From Candidatus Bathyarchaeota archaeon (lineage in GTDB: Archaea; Thermoproteota; Bathyarchaeia; TCS64), in the NCBI GenBank assembly GCA_963771885.1, contig CAVYVF010000023.1, positions 608,001 to 672,000 on the forward strand: a DNA stretch of 64,000 nucleotides, written 5' to 3'. A program made the translations under genes and the position numbers. A model generated the notes under the pieces. That model had not been told where the DNA came from. It worked only from the letters and a program-made list of their open reading frames with translations, and did no database searches. This document shows positions 10,241-20,471 of the stretch, piece by piece. Positions within the stretch are counted from its first letter, which is position 1, and each line of letters starts with the position of its first letter.

Positions 10241-11306
10241 ATGGAATCCGAGAGGTACGACCGCATACTTGCAGTAATGAATCGCAAGGTCCCTGACCGC
10301 GTCCCCTGGGCGCTCTGGGGCCACTTCCCCGCTTGTAAGTGGCTTAACGGCTACAGCTGGGAGAAGACGCTCCGCGACGGCGAGGAGTCTGCCAAGGCGC
10401 ACATGGCGCTGCTCCGCGAGCTCGACTACAACATGGACCTGCTCAAGGTCACGCCCTACTACCGCTTCATGGCGATGCAGTGGGGGAGTAAGTTCGAGTT
10501 CATAAACAACGAGGAGGAGGCTCCCACTAAGGAGGTCATAGTAAAGAAGACGAAGGATTGGGAGAAGCTCTGGGTCCTCGACCCTAGGAAAGAGCTACGA
10601 GAGTTCGTTAGGTGCAACGAGATACTTGCCCGCGACCTGAGGCGTGTGCCCTTCATCTACACTATCCCAAGCCCAATAATCCAAGCGATGAACGGTGTCT
10701 CAACACCCGATCAGGTCCTTAAGGATATGAAGGAGAACCCCGACGCCCTTAAGCAAGGGCTCGAGACGATCACGCAGACGACGATTGACTTCGCAAAGGC
10801 GTGTGTCGACGCTGGCGCGTCGGGTATCTTTTTCGGCATCGGAGGCGGTGGCCGCATCTGGAAAGCGCTCGATAAGATACAGCTCGAGAATTACGCCCTA
10901 GGCTACGACAAGAGGGTGCTCGACGCAGTAAAGTGCCCGATCAAGCTTATGCATATGTGTAGCACATCCGCGGGCAATCCAGAGAAGCTGATGGAGGAGG
11001 GTTGGTTCAAGAACTACCCCGTTGACGCAATCAACTGGGCGAGCCACAGCTGGACTTCAGTCAAGAAGGGCAAGGAGCTGTATGGGGACAAGTTCTGCAT
11101 CTGTGGCGGGCTCGACCACGAGGCTGTGCTCCTGAAAGGGACACCAAAGCAGGTCGAAGATGCGGTGAAGAAGGCGATCGATGACTGCGCTGAGGGCGGC
11201 GGCTTCATGCTTGGTCCAGGCTGCACAGTCTACTCAGGATACCCCCATCGCCAACTACAACGCTGTCGGCAGGGCGGTCTGGAAATACGGCGCCTACAAG
11301 AAGTAG
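10241..11306 (+). CDS. Uroporphyrinogen decarboxylase / MtaA-CmuA methyltransferase superfamily protein (+1 indel near 11234)
   Basis: PDRVP N-terminus, AGASGIF, HMC and GGGFMLGPGC motifs; corrected C-terminus QDTPIANYNAVGRAVWKYGAYKK*. Confidence 0.8.
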
Positions 11307-11452
11307 GCTCGCAACAGCCCCCTTTCAACAACTATTCCCCCTAGAATGGATTGTCCCAAGAACGGAACCGAATTTGGGACAGTCTCATTAAAGGACACAC
11401 TTTTAAGCCCTAAGCCTAATTCCTACCCAGACTAGTTTCTGAAGGGAGCAGG

Positions 11453-12067
11453 GTGGCGGACGACCTCAAGCTGAAGGGCCCAGTAAGGGAGATCGGCATC
11501 ATTCGGGACAAGGACAGGCACGACTCCTTCAACATCACCATCGGGATCACGATAAAGACCGAGGGGAAGGTCACCTACGAGGAGGCGGAGCGCATATCCA
11601 CAAAGTTCCGTCGCGAGTACCTCGGAAAGGACGTCGAGTTCCGCGCGATACACATACCCTGCCCGCACTGCAAAAAGATAGTTAACAGTGAGACGGGGCT
11701 CAAGCAGCACATATTAAAGATTCACCCGGAGAAGGCGGAGTTGCTCACTCCTCCCAAGGTGGCGGCGAAGGTAGAGGAGCCGAAGAAGAAGACCCGTGGT
11801 AGAAAAGCTGAGAAGCCTGTCAAGAAGGTCACTAAGAGTAAGGCTCGCGCGACGAAGCGAGTTAAAACGGCCAAGTCTAAAGCGGTGAATGCCAAGGCGG
11901 AACCTGCGTTGAAGAAGATGCGTTCGCCCCCGAAGGTGGAGGTACCAGTGCCCATCAAGCGCAAGGTGAAATCTGAGTTAAATAAACCAGCGCCTTCACT
12001 CAGGGAACCCACTGCGAAGACACGATCCAAGACTCCGCAGAAAGCTAGGCAGTTAACCCTCGCCTAG
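11453..12067 (+). CDS. Hypothetical protein with a C2H2 zinc finger and a Lys/Ala/Pro-rich basic tail
   Basis: CPHC-x12-H-x4-H (CPHCKKIVNSETGLKQHILKIH) followed by about 110 aa of K/A/P-rich sequence; TATA at about 11401. Confidence 0.75.
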   Translation: MADDLKLKGPVREIGIIRDKDRHDSFNITIGITIKTEGKVTYEEAERISTKFRREYLGKDVEFRAIHIPCPHCKKIVNSETGLKQHILKIHPEKAELLTPPKVAAKVEEPKKKTRGRKAEKPVKKVTKSKARATKRVKTAKSKAVNAKAEPALKKMRSPPKVEVPVPIKRKVKSELNKPAPSLREPTAKTRSKTPQKARQLTLA

Positions 12068-12093
12068 ATATCCGATAATTCTCGCTCTGAAAA

Positions 12094-13557
12094 TTACTTC
12101 TTATCCGTGATGGAGAGAAGCACCGTCACCACCAACGAAAGTGGTATGCTCACTATTCCCGGATTTTCCAATGGGAATATGGCGCCTGCACCCATCACCG
12201 TCGGGCTGATTAAGATGAGCAACGTGGATGACACGAGCCCGGTCCATATTCCCGCCACGATGCCCCGCTCCTTCGCCCCCTTCCAGAATATCGTGCACAG
12301 GAGCGCTGGAAGATTCGCGGAAGCTGCGATGGCAAAAGCGAGCCCAACGAGGAAGGCGACGTTCTGGCCTTTCGCAACTATTCCGAGGATTATAGCCAGG
12401 ATTCCCACGCCTACCGCGGTCATCTTCGACATTCGGAGCGTCGCTGCATCGCTTCTCTCGTTACCGAGGTACTCCGTATAGATGTCGTGGGCGATGGCAC
12501 CAGCAGCCGCCATGATGAGTCCCGCAACTGTCCCTAGGATGGTCGCGAAGGCTATGCTGCTTATGAAGGCGAAGAATAGCTCACCACCTATGAAGTTCGC
12601 CAGCAGCGGGGCGGACAGGTTCTGGTTCGTCGCGTCGTAGGTCCTGAAATAGTTCGCGCCAAGCCCGAGGAAGAGGGTGAGGACATAGAAGACACCGATT
12701 GCGCCAATGGCGATGACCGTCGACTTTCGAGCGTCTGCCGGCGTTGGTACGGTGTAGTACCTGATGAGGACGTGGGGCAAGGCCGCAGTCCCGAGGATGA
12801 GTCCCAAGGCGAGGCTCGCAAAGTCGATTGGGTTCTTGTACTTCAGTCCCGGCGAGAGGAAGACATCGCCGCTCACCGTCGCCCCATTAGGGAGCAGGAC
12901 GGTGGAGTCGAGTATGCTTGAGATGAAGCCGACGGGGTCCTTGCCTGCCATGATAAGTACCCCAATCGTCAGCCCTAGGGCGGCGAGAAGGAGCAGGAAC
13001 CCCTTGATGAACTGCACGTAGGTTGTTGATACCATCCCTGCGGTCGCGACTATTAATATGACGAGGGCGCCGACAATCACGACTCCTACTTCATACTGCA
13101 AGCCTAACAGTGGTTGGACGATGCTGCCTGCCCCCACGATCTGGGGGATGAGATAGAATATGCTGACGACGAGTGTGCTCACCGCGGCGGCGAGCCTAAC
13201 CCTCTTGCTCTTGAAGACGCTCACTAGGGCGTCGCCAAAGGTGTACTTACCCATTCTGCGCAGAGGCTCAGCCACGAGAAGCAGAGCCACGACCCAGCCT
13301 GCGAGGAAACCGATGCTGTACATGAAGCCGTCGAAGCCAGAGAACGCGATCAGCCCAGCTATCCCAAGGAAACTCGCTGCGCTCAGGTAGTCACCCGCGA
13401 AGGCTATACCGTTCATCAGCCACTTGACGCCGCCTCCTGCGACGTAGTAATGGCTCGAGGTCTTCACCCGCCGGGCTGCCCAGAAGCTTATGCCGAGGGT
13501 AACGCCGACGATGACTGCGAATAGCAGGAAGGCAAGGGGCTGGAAAGCATACTGCAT
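12094..13557 (-). CDS. actP: Cation/acetate symporter (sodium:solute symporter family)
   Basis: NGIAFAGDYLSAASFLG, LGTAALPHVLIR and AASANLP motifs; many TM helices. Confidence 0.9.
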   Translation of the reverse strand: MQYAFQPLAFLLFAVIVGVTLGISFWAARRVKTSSHYYVAGGGVKWLMNGIAFAGDYLSAASFLGIAGLIAFSGFDGFMYSIGFLAGWVVALLLVAEPLRRMGKYTFGDALVSVFKSKRVRLAAAVSTLVVSIFYLIPQIVGAGSIVQPLLGLQYEVGVVIVGALVILIVATAGMVSTTYVQFIKGFLLLLAALGLTIGVLIMAGKDPVGFISSILDSTVLLPNGATVSGDVFLSPGLKYKNPIDFASLALGLILGTAALPHVLIRYYTVPTPADARKSTVIAIGAIGVFYVLTLFLGLGANYFRTYDATNQNLSAPLLANFIGGELFFAFISSIAFATILGTVAGLIMAAAGAIAHDIYTEYLGNERSDAATLRMSKMTAVGVGILAIILGIVAKGQNVAFLVGLAFAIAASANLPALLCTIFWKGAKERGIVAGIWTGLVSSTLLILISPTVMGAGAIFPLENPGIVSIPLSLVVTVLLSITDKK

Positions 13558-13818
13558 CTAGTCTTCCTCCATTTTCCCCGCGAACCAGTTGTATAGGACG
13601 GCGATCAGGATCGCAGAGATGATTATCACCATTCCGCTCACGATCCCGAGGTTGAGACCCCAGATTCTGATCATCAGCACCCCTTTGAAGAAGGTTCCCG
13701 CCAGCGTGAAGAGGACATAGCCGACGATGTAAACGGCAAAGAGGATCAGACCCAGCCTGAACTTGCGCTTCTCGGCTTCACGCCGATCCATGGAGTCACT
13801 TAGACGGTCATTAGCCAT
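13558..13818 (-). CDS. DUF485/YjcH-like small membrane protein, ActP partner
   Basis: Two TM helices, immediately upstream of actP as in yjcH-actP operons. Confidence 0.75.
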   Translation of the reverse strand: MANDRLSDSMDRREAEKRKFRLGLILFAVYIVGYVLFTLAGTFFKGVLMIRIWGLNLGIVSGMVIIISAILIAVLYNWFAGKMEED

Positions 13819-14006
13819 ACAATTCACCGTAAAGAGAGTAAATACACTAAAGACCCTCTATCGCGAGTGTCGCGGTTATAGAACTTTCTCCATCAGGTTA
13901 TCCCGACAGTTTCGTACCCAATTTGAGCCACATCGTGGCTACCAAGAAATGGGATGCCCTTTGAACTACCTTAAATCTAAAGACGACAATGTGAATATCG
14001 AGGACA

Positions 14007-14468
14007 ATGTTCGACCCCGTTTTCAGCAAGGTACTAGTAGCCTACGACGGCTCCGAGCCCTCTAAGAGGGCGCTAGACCACGCCGCCAAGATGGCAGCCA
14101 TGTTCGAGGGGGAACTAGCCATACTCACTGTCGTGCCGAAGGTGTCGATACCCGTTTACTCAAACGCTGAGCTCGGCGCGCAAGCGATGGACATCGCCAG
14201 CCTACAGGACAGGATGCGTGAGAACTACAGCCAATCCATGAAGAAGGCCGAGGAGGAGATCAAGGGCCTATACCCCCACCTGAAGGTCGAGACGATCCTG
14301 CAGGAGGGGCGTCCAGCCTCGCTTATTGTCTCAGAGGCGGACCGGCTCGGAGTCAGCCTCATAGTGATGGGGAGCAGGGGATTAGGCGGCATCAGCGGCT
14401 GGATACTCGGAAGCACGAGTCGACAGGTGGTCGACCTCTGCACGAAGGGCATCCTCATCGTCAAGTAG
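14007..14468 (+). CDS. Universal stress protein (UspA family)
   Basis: VLVAYDGSEPS and LIVMGSRGLGG...LGSTS motifs. Confidence 0.92.
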   Translation: MFDPVFSKVLVAYDGSEPSKRALDHAAKMAAMFEGELAILTVVPKVSIPVYSNAELGAQAMDIASLQDRMRENYSQSMKKAEEEIKGLYPHLKVETILQEGRPASLIVSEADRLGVSLIVMGSRGLGGISGWILGSTSRQVVDLCTKGILIVK

Positions 14469-14539
14469 TCTTTTTTTTCGTCTCGGCGTGTCTACGGCAA
14501 CCTTTAATCCCCTCGCCGGGGGATACATTACGAAAACCG

Positions 14540-15868
14540 ATGGTCCTTGAGAAGTTAGGCTCCAGCCTCTACGACGCACTGCGCAAGGTCATAAAGGCGC
14601 CAGTAGTGGACGAGGCACTCGTCAAGGAACTAATCAAGGACTTCCAACGCGCTCTACTGCAGGCTGACGTGAACGTCGCTCTCGTCATGCAGCTCAGCCA
14701 GAACATCGAGAAGAGGGCGTTAAACGAGGAGCTGCCGCCCGGCATCAGCCGCCGTGAACATATAGTCAAGGTCGTCTATGACGAGCTGACCAAGTTCGTG
14801 GGAGAGAAGCAGGAGGACATAAAGATCCAGCCAGGGCGCCAGAATATCATCATGCTCATTGGCATACAGGGCTCCGGCAAGACGACGACGGCGGGGAAGC
14901 TCGCCCGATACTATCAGAAGAGAGGCCTCAAGACGGGTCTCATCACCTGTGACACCTTCCGCCCCGGCGCCTACAACCAGCTCAAGCAATTATCGGAGCA
15001 GATTAAGGTCGATTTCTACGGCGAACCCGACTCCAAGGACCCCGTCTCAGTCGCCAAGCACGGCGCGGAGCGCTTCAAGGGCTACGAGGTCGTTATTCTA
15101 GACACCTCGGGGCGTCACAAGGAAGAGAAGGGGCTCATCGAGGAGATGCAGCAGATTGCCGCAGCCGTCCAGCCTCAGGAGATAGTGCTCGTACTCGACG
15201 GCACAATCGGCCAGCAGGCATCCGCTCAGGCTCAGGCCTTCAAGGAGGCGACGCCCATCGGTAGTATCATCGTCTCCAAGCTCGACGGGACCGCGAGAGG
15301 CGGCGGAGCTCTCAGCGGAGTAGCCGCGACTGGCGCACCCATCAAGTTCATCGGTACTGGTGAGAAGATTGAGGACATCGAGCCATTCGCCCCAAGCCGC
15401 TTCGTCGGGCGCCTCCTAGGTATGGGCGACATTGACGGACTCGTCGCCAAGGTCAAGGAAGCCGAGATACAGCCATCGGAGAAAGACATCCGTCAGATGA
15501 TGAGCGGCAAGTTCAGCCTTCAGGACATGTACGACCAGTTCGAGGCGATGAGCAAGATGGGCCCCCTCCAAAAGGTCCTCGGCATGATCCCCGGCATGAG
15601 TTACCAACTCCCCGAAGCTGACATGGAGAAGGCAGAGGAGCGCCTCGATAAGTGGAAGGTCATAATCAGAAGCATGACCATCGAAGAGAAGGAAGACCCC
15701 AAGGTCATTAACTCAAGCCGTATGAAGCGTATAGCTCGCGGCTCAGGCACATCGGAGGCGGACGTGAGGGAGCTAATCAAGAATCACGAGAACATGAAGA
15801 AAATGTTCAAGCAGATGAAGGGGAACCGCCGTCTCAGAAACATGCCGTTCAAGATGCTACAGCGATAG
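14540..15868 (+). CDS. srp54: Signal recognition particle 54 kDa protein
   Basis: ALLQADVN, GIQGSGKTT, DTFRPGA, DTSGRH, SKLDG and the M domain. Confidence 0.97.
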   Translation: MVLEKLGSSLYDALRKVIKAPVVDEALVKELIKDFQRALLQADVNVALVMQLSQNIEKRALNEELPPGISRREHIVKVVYDELTKFVGEKQEDIKIQPGRQNIIMLIGIQGSGKTTTAGKLARYYQKRGLKTGLITCDTFRPGAYNQLKQLSEQIKVDFYGEPDSKDPVSVAKHGAERFKGYEVVILDTSGRHKEEKGLIEEMQQIAAAVQPQEIVLVLDGTIGQQASAQAQAFKEATPIGSIIVSKLDGTARGGGALSGVAATGAPIKFIGTGEKIEDIEPFAPSRFVGRLLGMGDIDGLVAKVKEAEIQPSEKDIRQMMSGKFSLQDMYDQFEAMSKMGPLQKVLGMIPGMSYQLPEADMEKAEERLDKWKVIIRSMTIEEKEDPKVINSSRMKRIARGSGTSEADVRELIKNHENMKKMFKQMKGNRRLRNMPFKMLQR

Positions 15869-15871
15869 TGG

Positions 15872-17761
15872 CTACCTGATGAGACCCCTGGGCTCCAGCT
15901 TCTCTATTACTTCGGGGAGACCGATCTCCTCTAGAGTGCTTTTCTTCTGCAGCCCCGTATCAATGTCCCAGCCCTGCAGGGTGTAGTACTCGTCAAGCAT
16001 CCTCTCCCATATCCCGTGGTCGATGCGCGCTCCTTGATACGGGCCCGACTTGACAGGCTCCTCCCAGAACCTCTTCGGCGGGTAGTCGTCCCTCCGAGTA
16101 AAGCCTCCGTGGAGTGCGTTGAAAGCTTTCTCGAGGTTGTTGACCCTCCTCCCTATCTCCATAAATCGGTCGACGGGGAGGTTCATCCCCGTGAGGCTGG
16201 TGGCTAGCTCGCATAAGTACCTAGCCGCGTCAGGGGAGGCCTTGCTCTCCCATGACAGGAGGCCGTTGTTGTAGAGGCATGTTCCCGTCATATCGACTAT
16301 CGCCTTCGCCTGCTCCTGCATGTAGACACTACGTGGGACGCCCTCGTAACTGAGGAACTCCTCAGGAGTGAAGCTGTGCGTTGCGCCTCTTAGGTGGCGA
16401 CCAGCCGCGGGTGAGGTTACGACGCCGAAGCCCCACCCCTTCGATATGCGGACGCCGTCGACCGTGTCCTGGCCCTTGATATGCAGCGCGAACTCCTCTG
16501 AACCCTTGCCCAGCTTCTCAGCCGCCACCTTGACTCCGTCAGCGAGGAAGTCTCCGAAGCCCTCGCGGTACGCTATCTTGTCGATGAGGGCGAGGACGGC
16601 GTCGTGGTTACCCCACGTTAGCTCCAAGCCATCCGTATCCTCCTTCGTCAGCAGTCTCTTCTCGTAGCACTCGAATGCCCAAGCGATTGCTACAGAGACA
16701 TTGTCGCCGTCAAGACCAAGCTGGTTTGTCCGAAGGTGCGCCTTTATTGCGGCTTCAGGATTCGTACAGTCGACGCGTGTGCAGAAGCTGTTGCTGCTGT
16801 TGTTCCACCATCCCTCACCCTCGGCGCCATAAGGGCCGTCGGGGACGAGCATCCAGGGCATGCATCCGACTGGGCAACCATAGCAAGCGAGTATTTTAGT
16901 CCTGTACTTCTTCATAGCGTCTCCTGAGACGAGTTTGATCTTCTCGGGGTCCCAGTAGTCATCCTGCCCGTTCCTAACGGGGCGAAAGCCAGCTTCCCAG
17001 GCGGGGCTCCCGAGGGGGCTCTCGACACCGTAGTAGCCGTCTTGGCGGTACTTCGCCGCCTTTGGGAACTGCTCTATCTTGGCGCGGGCTGCATCGACCG
17101 CCTTGAGGTACCTTTCGGGCTCAGCTATTGCTATAGACTGTGTGCCTCTGGCGGCGATCGCCTTCAAGTTCTTTGAGCCCATTACGGCGCCGACGCCGGA
17201 GCCCCCCGCCGCCTTAGCCCTGTCCGAGATGATGCAGGCATGCTTTACCTGGTTCTCCCCCGCGGGGCCGATGCCGATTACACGTATTTCGTCGTCGTTG
17301 TGCTCTGCTCTTATGGCGCGCTCAGTCTCCCACGTAGTCTTCCCCCAGACGCCGTCCGCATCTCGTAGCTCCGCCTCGCCCTCGTTAAGCCAGAGGTAGA
17401 CGGGCTCCTCAGCGCGTCCAGTGACGACGAGGGTATCGAAGCCCGCATACTTCATCTCGGCGCCGAAGTGACCGCCACAGTTGGCGGAGCCGACGCCTCC
17501 AGTGAATGCGTTCTTCGTGTCGATGGACACTCGGCTGCCGAACGGGGAGAGTGTCCCGACAAGGGGACCGACGCCGAAGAGTAACATGTTCGCTGGGTCT
17601 AGCGGTTTCACGGCTGGGTCCAACTCGTTGAATAGTATCCACGCGTTGATGCCCCTGCCCCCGACGAACCTCTCCGCGTACCTCGCCGTTGGCTCGACGG
17701 TGAGGGTTGCGCTGGTCAGGTTGACGCGGAGCAGTTTGCCACCATAGCCCGGGTGTCTCAC
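15872..17761 (-). CDS. Aldehyde:ferredoxin oxidoreductase (tungstopterin family)
   Basis: GYGGKLLRVNL, GGRG, IGPAGEN, GAVMGSKNLKAI, CYGCPVGC; GTG start at 17761. Confidence 0.93.
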   Translation of the reverse strand: MRHPGYGGKLLRVNLTSATLTVEPTARYAERFVGGRGINAWILFNELDPAVKPLDPANMLLFGVGPLVGTLSPFGSRVSIDTKNAFTGGVGSANCGGHFGAEMKYAGFDTLVVTGRAEEPVYLWLNEGEAELRDADGVWGKTTWETERAIRAEHNDDEIRVIGIGPAGENQVKHACIISDRAKAAGGSGVGAVMGSKNLKAIAARGTQSIAIAEPERYLKAVDAARAKIEQFPKAAKYRQDGYYGVESPLGSPAWEAGFRPVRNGQDDYWDPEKIKLVSGDAMKKYRTKILACYGCPVGCMPWMLVPDGPYGAEGEGWWNNSSNSFCTRVDCTNPEAAIKAHLRTNQLGLDGDNVSVAIAWAFECYEKRLLTKEDTDGLELTWGNHDAVLALIDKIAYREGFGDFLADGVKVAAEKLGKGSEEFALHIKGQDTVDGVRISKGWGFGVVTSPAAGRHLRGATHSFTPEEFLSYEGVPRSVYMQEQAKAIVDMTGTCLYNNGLLSWESKASPDAARYLCELATSLTGMNLPVDRFMEIGRRVNNLEKAFNALHGGFTRRDDYPPKRFWEEPVKSGPYQGARIDHGIWERMLDEYYTLQGWDIDTGLQKKSTLEEIGLPEVIEKLEPRGLIR

Positions 17762-17998
17762 TGTGCGACCCTCCTCGCGCCGTATGCACAGTACTTTACA
17801 CAGAGCGGCACTTCCTCTCCCACGCATAGGTCGCAGGTCGAGTCGATACTCATCGTTATTCTTCGCGGAGTCGTTGTCCCTGTGTATGCGTGTGCTGGTC
17901 AAGGAGGGGTTGAATGCATTATGCCCTGTCTTGTGGAGGGAGCAAGCCGCCTCGCATAGCCTGCAGCCCTTGCAGCGGGTTGGGTCAAGGAGCATCAA
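17758..17998 (-). CDS. Small 4Fe-4S ferredoxin-like subunit associated with AOR (+1 indel near 17860)
   Basis: CKGCRLCEAACS then, after frame correction, TCDLC...PLCVKYCAYGA*; its stop overlaps the AOR GTG. Confidence 0.8.
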
Positions 17999-18042
17999 CG
18001 GGATTCTAGAGAAAAGCGTCCTGGCGGTAGATGAACCTGTGC

Positions 18043-20019
18043 CTAGAGGTATTTGTTGAACCAGCGGAGCACGTGCCCGAGGCGCGCCTCCCTGTGCTTC
18101 GGCTTCCCACTTCGACTTAGTTCGTGGTTCTCGCCGGGGAACCTGACGAACTCAGTTGGCACCCCGAGGTATTTGAGGGCGGTGTAGAACTGCTCCCCCT
18201 GCTCCATGGGGCACCTGTAGTCCTCCTCGCTGTGGAGGACGAGTGTGGGTGTAGTTACGTTCTTCACGTATCTTATCGGGCTCTTCTCCATGAACGCCTC
18301 CTCGTTCTCCCACGGTGTACCCATCATCTCACGCTTCCCGAATGTCCACCCGATGTCCGAGGTGCCAAAGAAGCTGACCCAGTTGCTTATGCTCCTCATC
18401 GTCACAGCCGCCTTGAAGCGTGTGGTGTGGGTGACGATCCAGTTTGTCATGAATCCGCCGTAGCTGCCACCGAGGCACGCTAGGCGCTCGCCGTCGATCC
18501 ACGGGTAGTTCTTGGCGCAGTAGTCGACCGCTTCCATGATGTCCGCGTAGTCCTGCTCTCCGTAGTGGCCGGGGAGGTTAGCCTGGTAGTCCTCTGTGTA
18601 ACCGCCGCTACCCCACGGGTTGATGTACATAACGGTATAGCCCTTGCCGGCGAGTACCTGATGCTCGTGCATCATTGCGTTCCCAAAGACGCCTCGGGGT
18701 CCGCCGTGGATCTCGACCGCCATAGGGTACTTCTTACCCTTTTTGAAGCCCGACGGCTTCATGATCCAGCCCTCGACGACGTGTCCACCGCTCGACTTGA
18801 ATGTGAAGCGCTCGTGTGGTCGGAGGTCTAGCCCGTCTATCCACTTTTTATTGAAGTCGGTGACGCGCCTGTCCTTGCCCTCAATTCTGACCCATAGGTC
18901 CGAGGGGCGTGTTGTGTGTAGGGTGGTATAGACTATGTGGTCCATGTCAGTGAGGCTCCAAGACTCGACGCCATGGTCGACTTCGCCGAGAAGCTTTTCG
19001 ACTTTCCCCCCCTTCGCCTTTACCCTGTTGAGGCTGCTTACACCGCCAAAATTGCTGGTGAAGTAGATGTATCCATCGACTCGCCACTGAGGCGTTGGGT
19101 CGAGAGAGCTGACGCGAACGTCGCTGCTTATCTTCACGCCTAGGTCGGGCTCGAAGCCCTCGGTCAGCTTCCTCGCAGCCCCACCCTCGGCTGGCATGAT
19201 CCAGATATCCGCTTTCGTAGCACCTCCCCTCCTGTAGTCGTGCCCGGCGAAGGCGATTTCCCTGCCGTCGGGGGACGGGCAGACACCGACCATACCTCCG
19301 CCGGCGCCGCTTATACTCCAAGTACCCGCCGTGAGTTGGATCGGTTCACCCTTTGGGCCGACGCGATAGATGTGATCGTAGTCGTCGAGGTCGGCGTCAG
19401 GCTCGACGTTACCATAGAATAGAATCTCCGAGCCTATCCACTCAGCGCCGTCGATCTTCCATTCCCCTCTCGTCACCTGCTTTGGCTTACCGCCCCGAAG
19501 GGGCAGCGTGAATACATGCTTGAAGACACCGGGGAAAAAGCCGCGCCCGTTGAACTTGTAGCTAAGGCGGGTTATGTGTTTCTCGTCCCCCTTCGGCGCC
19601 TCTTGCTGAGTCGGACTCACAAAGAGTACCTGTCGCCCGTCGGGGCTCCACTTCGGAGCCTCAATTCCAAGTTTTACGTCAGTCAGCTTTCTCGCCTCTC
19701 CGCCAGCGACCTCTATGACGTAGAGCTGGGGCTTCTTCTTCTCCTCTCCCTCCTTTGCCTGAGGTGTCGAGGTGAAGAGCAGACTACTCCCGTCTGGCGA
19801 CCAACGTGGCCCTTTATCCTTTCCCCTCCCCGATGTGAACTGCTGTGCCACGCCGGATATGACGTCAGCGAGCCAGATGTCGCTCATGTATTCATCCTTC
19901 TCGTTGTTGAGGGTCGTATGTACGAACGCCACGCGCTTCCCATCGGGGGAGACACGCACATCGGACACAAGCCTCAGTCTGAAAAGGTCCTTGATATCAA
20001 CCGGTTTCCTATTCGCCAA
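18043..20019 (-). CDS. S9 family acylaminoacyl/prolyl oligopeptidase
   Basis: Beta-propeller WSPDG repeats, IHGGP, GGSYGG nucleophile, D(YRC) and ENHEL triad residues. Confidence 0.95.
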   Translation of the reverse strand: MANRKPVDIKDLFRLRLVSDVRVSPDGKRVAFVHTTLNNEKDEYMSDIWLADVISGVAQQFTSGRGKDKGPRWSPDGSSLLFTSTPQAKEGEEKKKPQLYVIEVAGGEARKLTDVKLGIEAPKWSPDGRQVLFVSPTQQEAPKGDEKHITRLSYKFNGRGFFPGVFKHVFTLPLRGGKPKQVTRGEWKIDGAEWIGSEILFYGNVEPDADLDDYDHIYRVGPKGEPIQLTAGTWSISGAGGGMVGVCPSPDGREIAFAGHDYRRGGATKADIWIMPAEGGAARKLTEGFEPDLGVKISSDVRVSSLDPTPQWRVDGYIYFTSNFGGVSSLNRVKAKGGKVEKLLGEVDHGVESWSLTDMDHIVYTTLHTTRPSDLWVRIEGKDRRVTDFNKKWIDGLDLRPHERFTFKSSGGHVVEGWIMKPSGFKKGKKYPMAVEIHGGPRGVFGNAMMHEHQVLAGKGYTVMYINPWGSGGYTEDYQANLPGHYGEQDYADIMEAVDYCAKNYPWIDGERLACLGGSYGGFMTNWIVTHTTRFKAAVTMRSISNWVSFFGTSDIGWTFGKREMMGTPWENEEAFMEKSPIRYVKNVTTPTLVLHSEEDYRCPMEQGEQFYTALKYLGVPTEFVRFPGENHELSRSGKPKHREARLGHVLRWFNKYL

Positions 20020-20164
20020 GAAGCACCACGAGTGTAAGTTTCCCTATACCCTTTAAAAATATCCGCAGGATATCCCTGCAAAAATTAATAGAACTTATAA
20101 AAGAGTGCGTTGATTAGGTGTGGTGCTCAGCCGGGGATAATACCCTGGAGATGGGGCGAATAAT

Positions 20165-20458
20165 ATGGGAAAGAGTCAAGGTCCACGCAGGAAGAGCAGA
20201 GCGGCCCTCACTAAAAAAGTAAGGGAGCGCGGCAAGCTACCGCTAAGTAGACTACTAACGGAGTACTTACCCGGCGAGAAGGTCATCATAAAGATCGACC
20301 CCGCCATACACAAAGGGATGCCCCACAAGAGATTCGCGGGTCAGGTCGCCACAGTGAAGGCAAAGCGCGGGAAGGCATATGTTGTAGAGATTCCGCAGAC
20401 GAAGATAGTTAAAACCATCATAGCCTTACCCCAGCACCTTAGGAAGCACGTCGACTAG
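20165..20458 (+). CDS. rpl21e: 50S ribosomal protein L21e
   Basis: KSQGPRRKSR and HKGMPHKRF motifs. Confidence 0.96.
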   Translation: MGKSQGPRRKSRAALTKKVRERGKLPLSRLLTEYLPGEKVIIKIDPAIHKGMPHKRFAGQVATVKAKRGKAYVVEIPQTKIVKTIIALPQHLRKHVD

Positions 20459-20471
20459 AGGGGTTTTCTAC

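Noticed and set aside
15872..17998. 708-aa ferredoxin-AOR fusion in the ORF track
   Set aside because: Removing one base near 17860 restores a separate ferredoxin (second CDLC...CVKYC cluster) whose stop overlaps the AOR GTG, so the fusion is an indel artefact.
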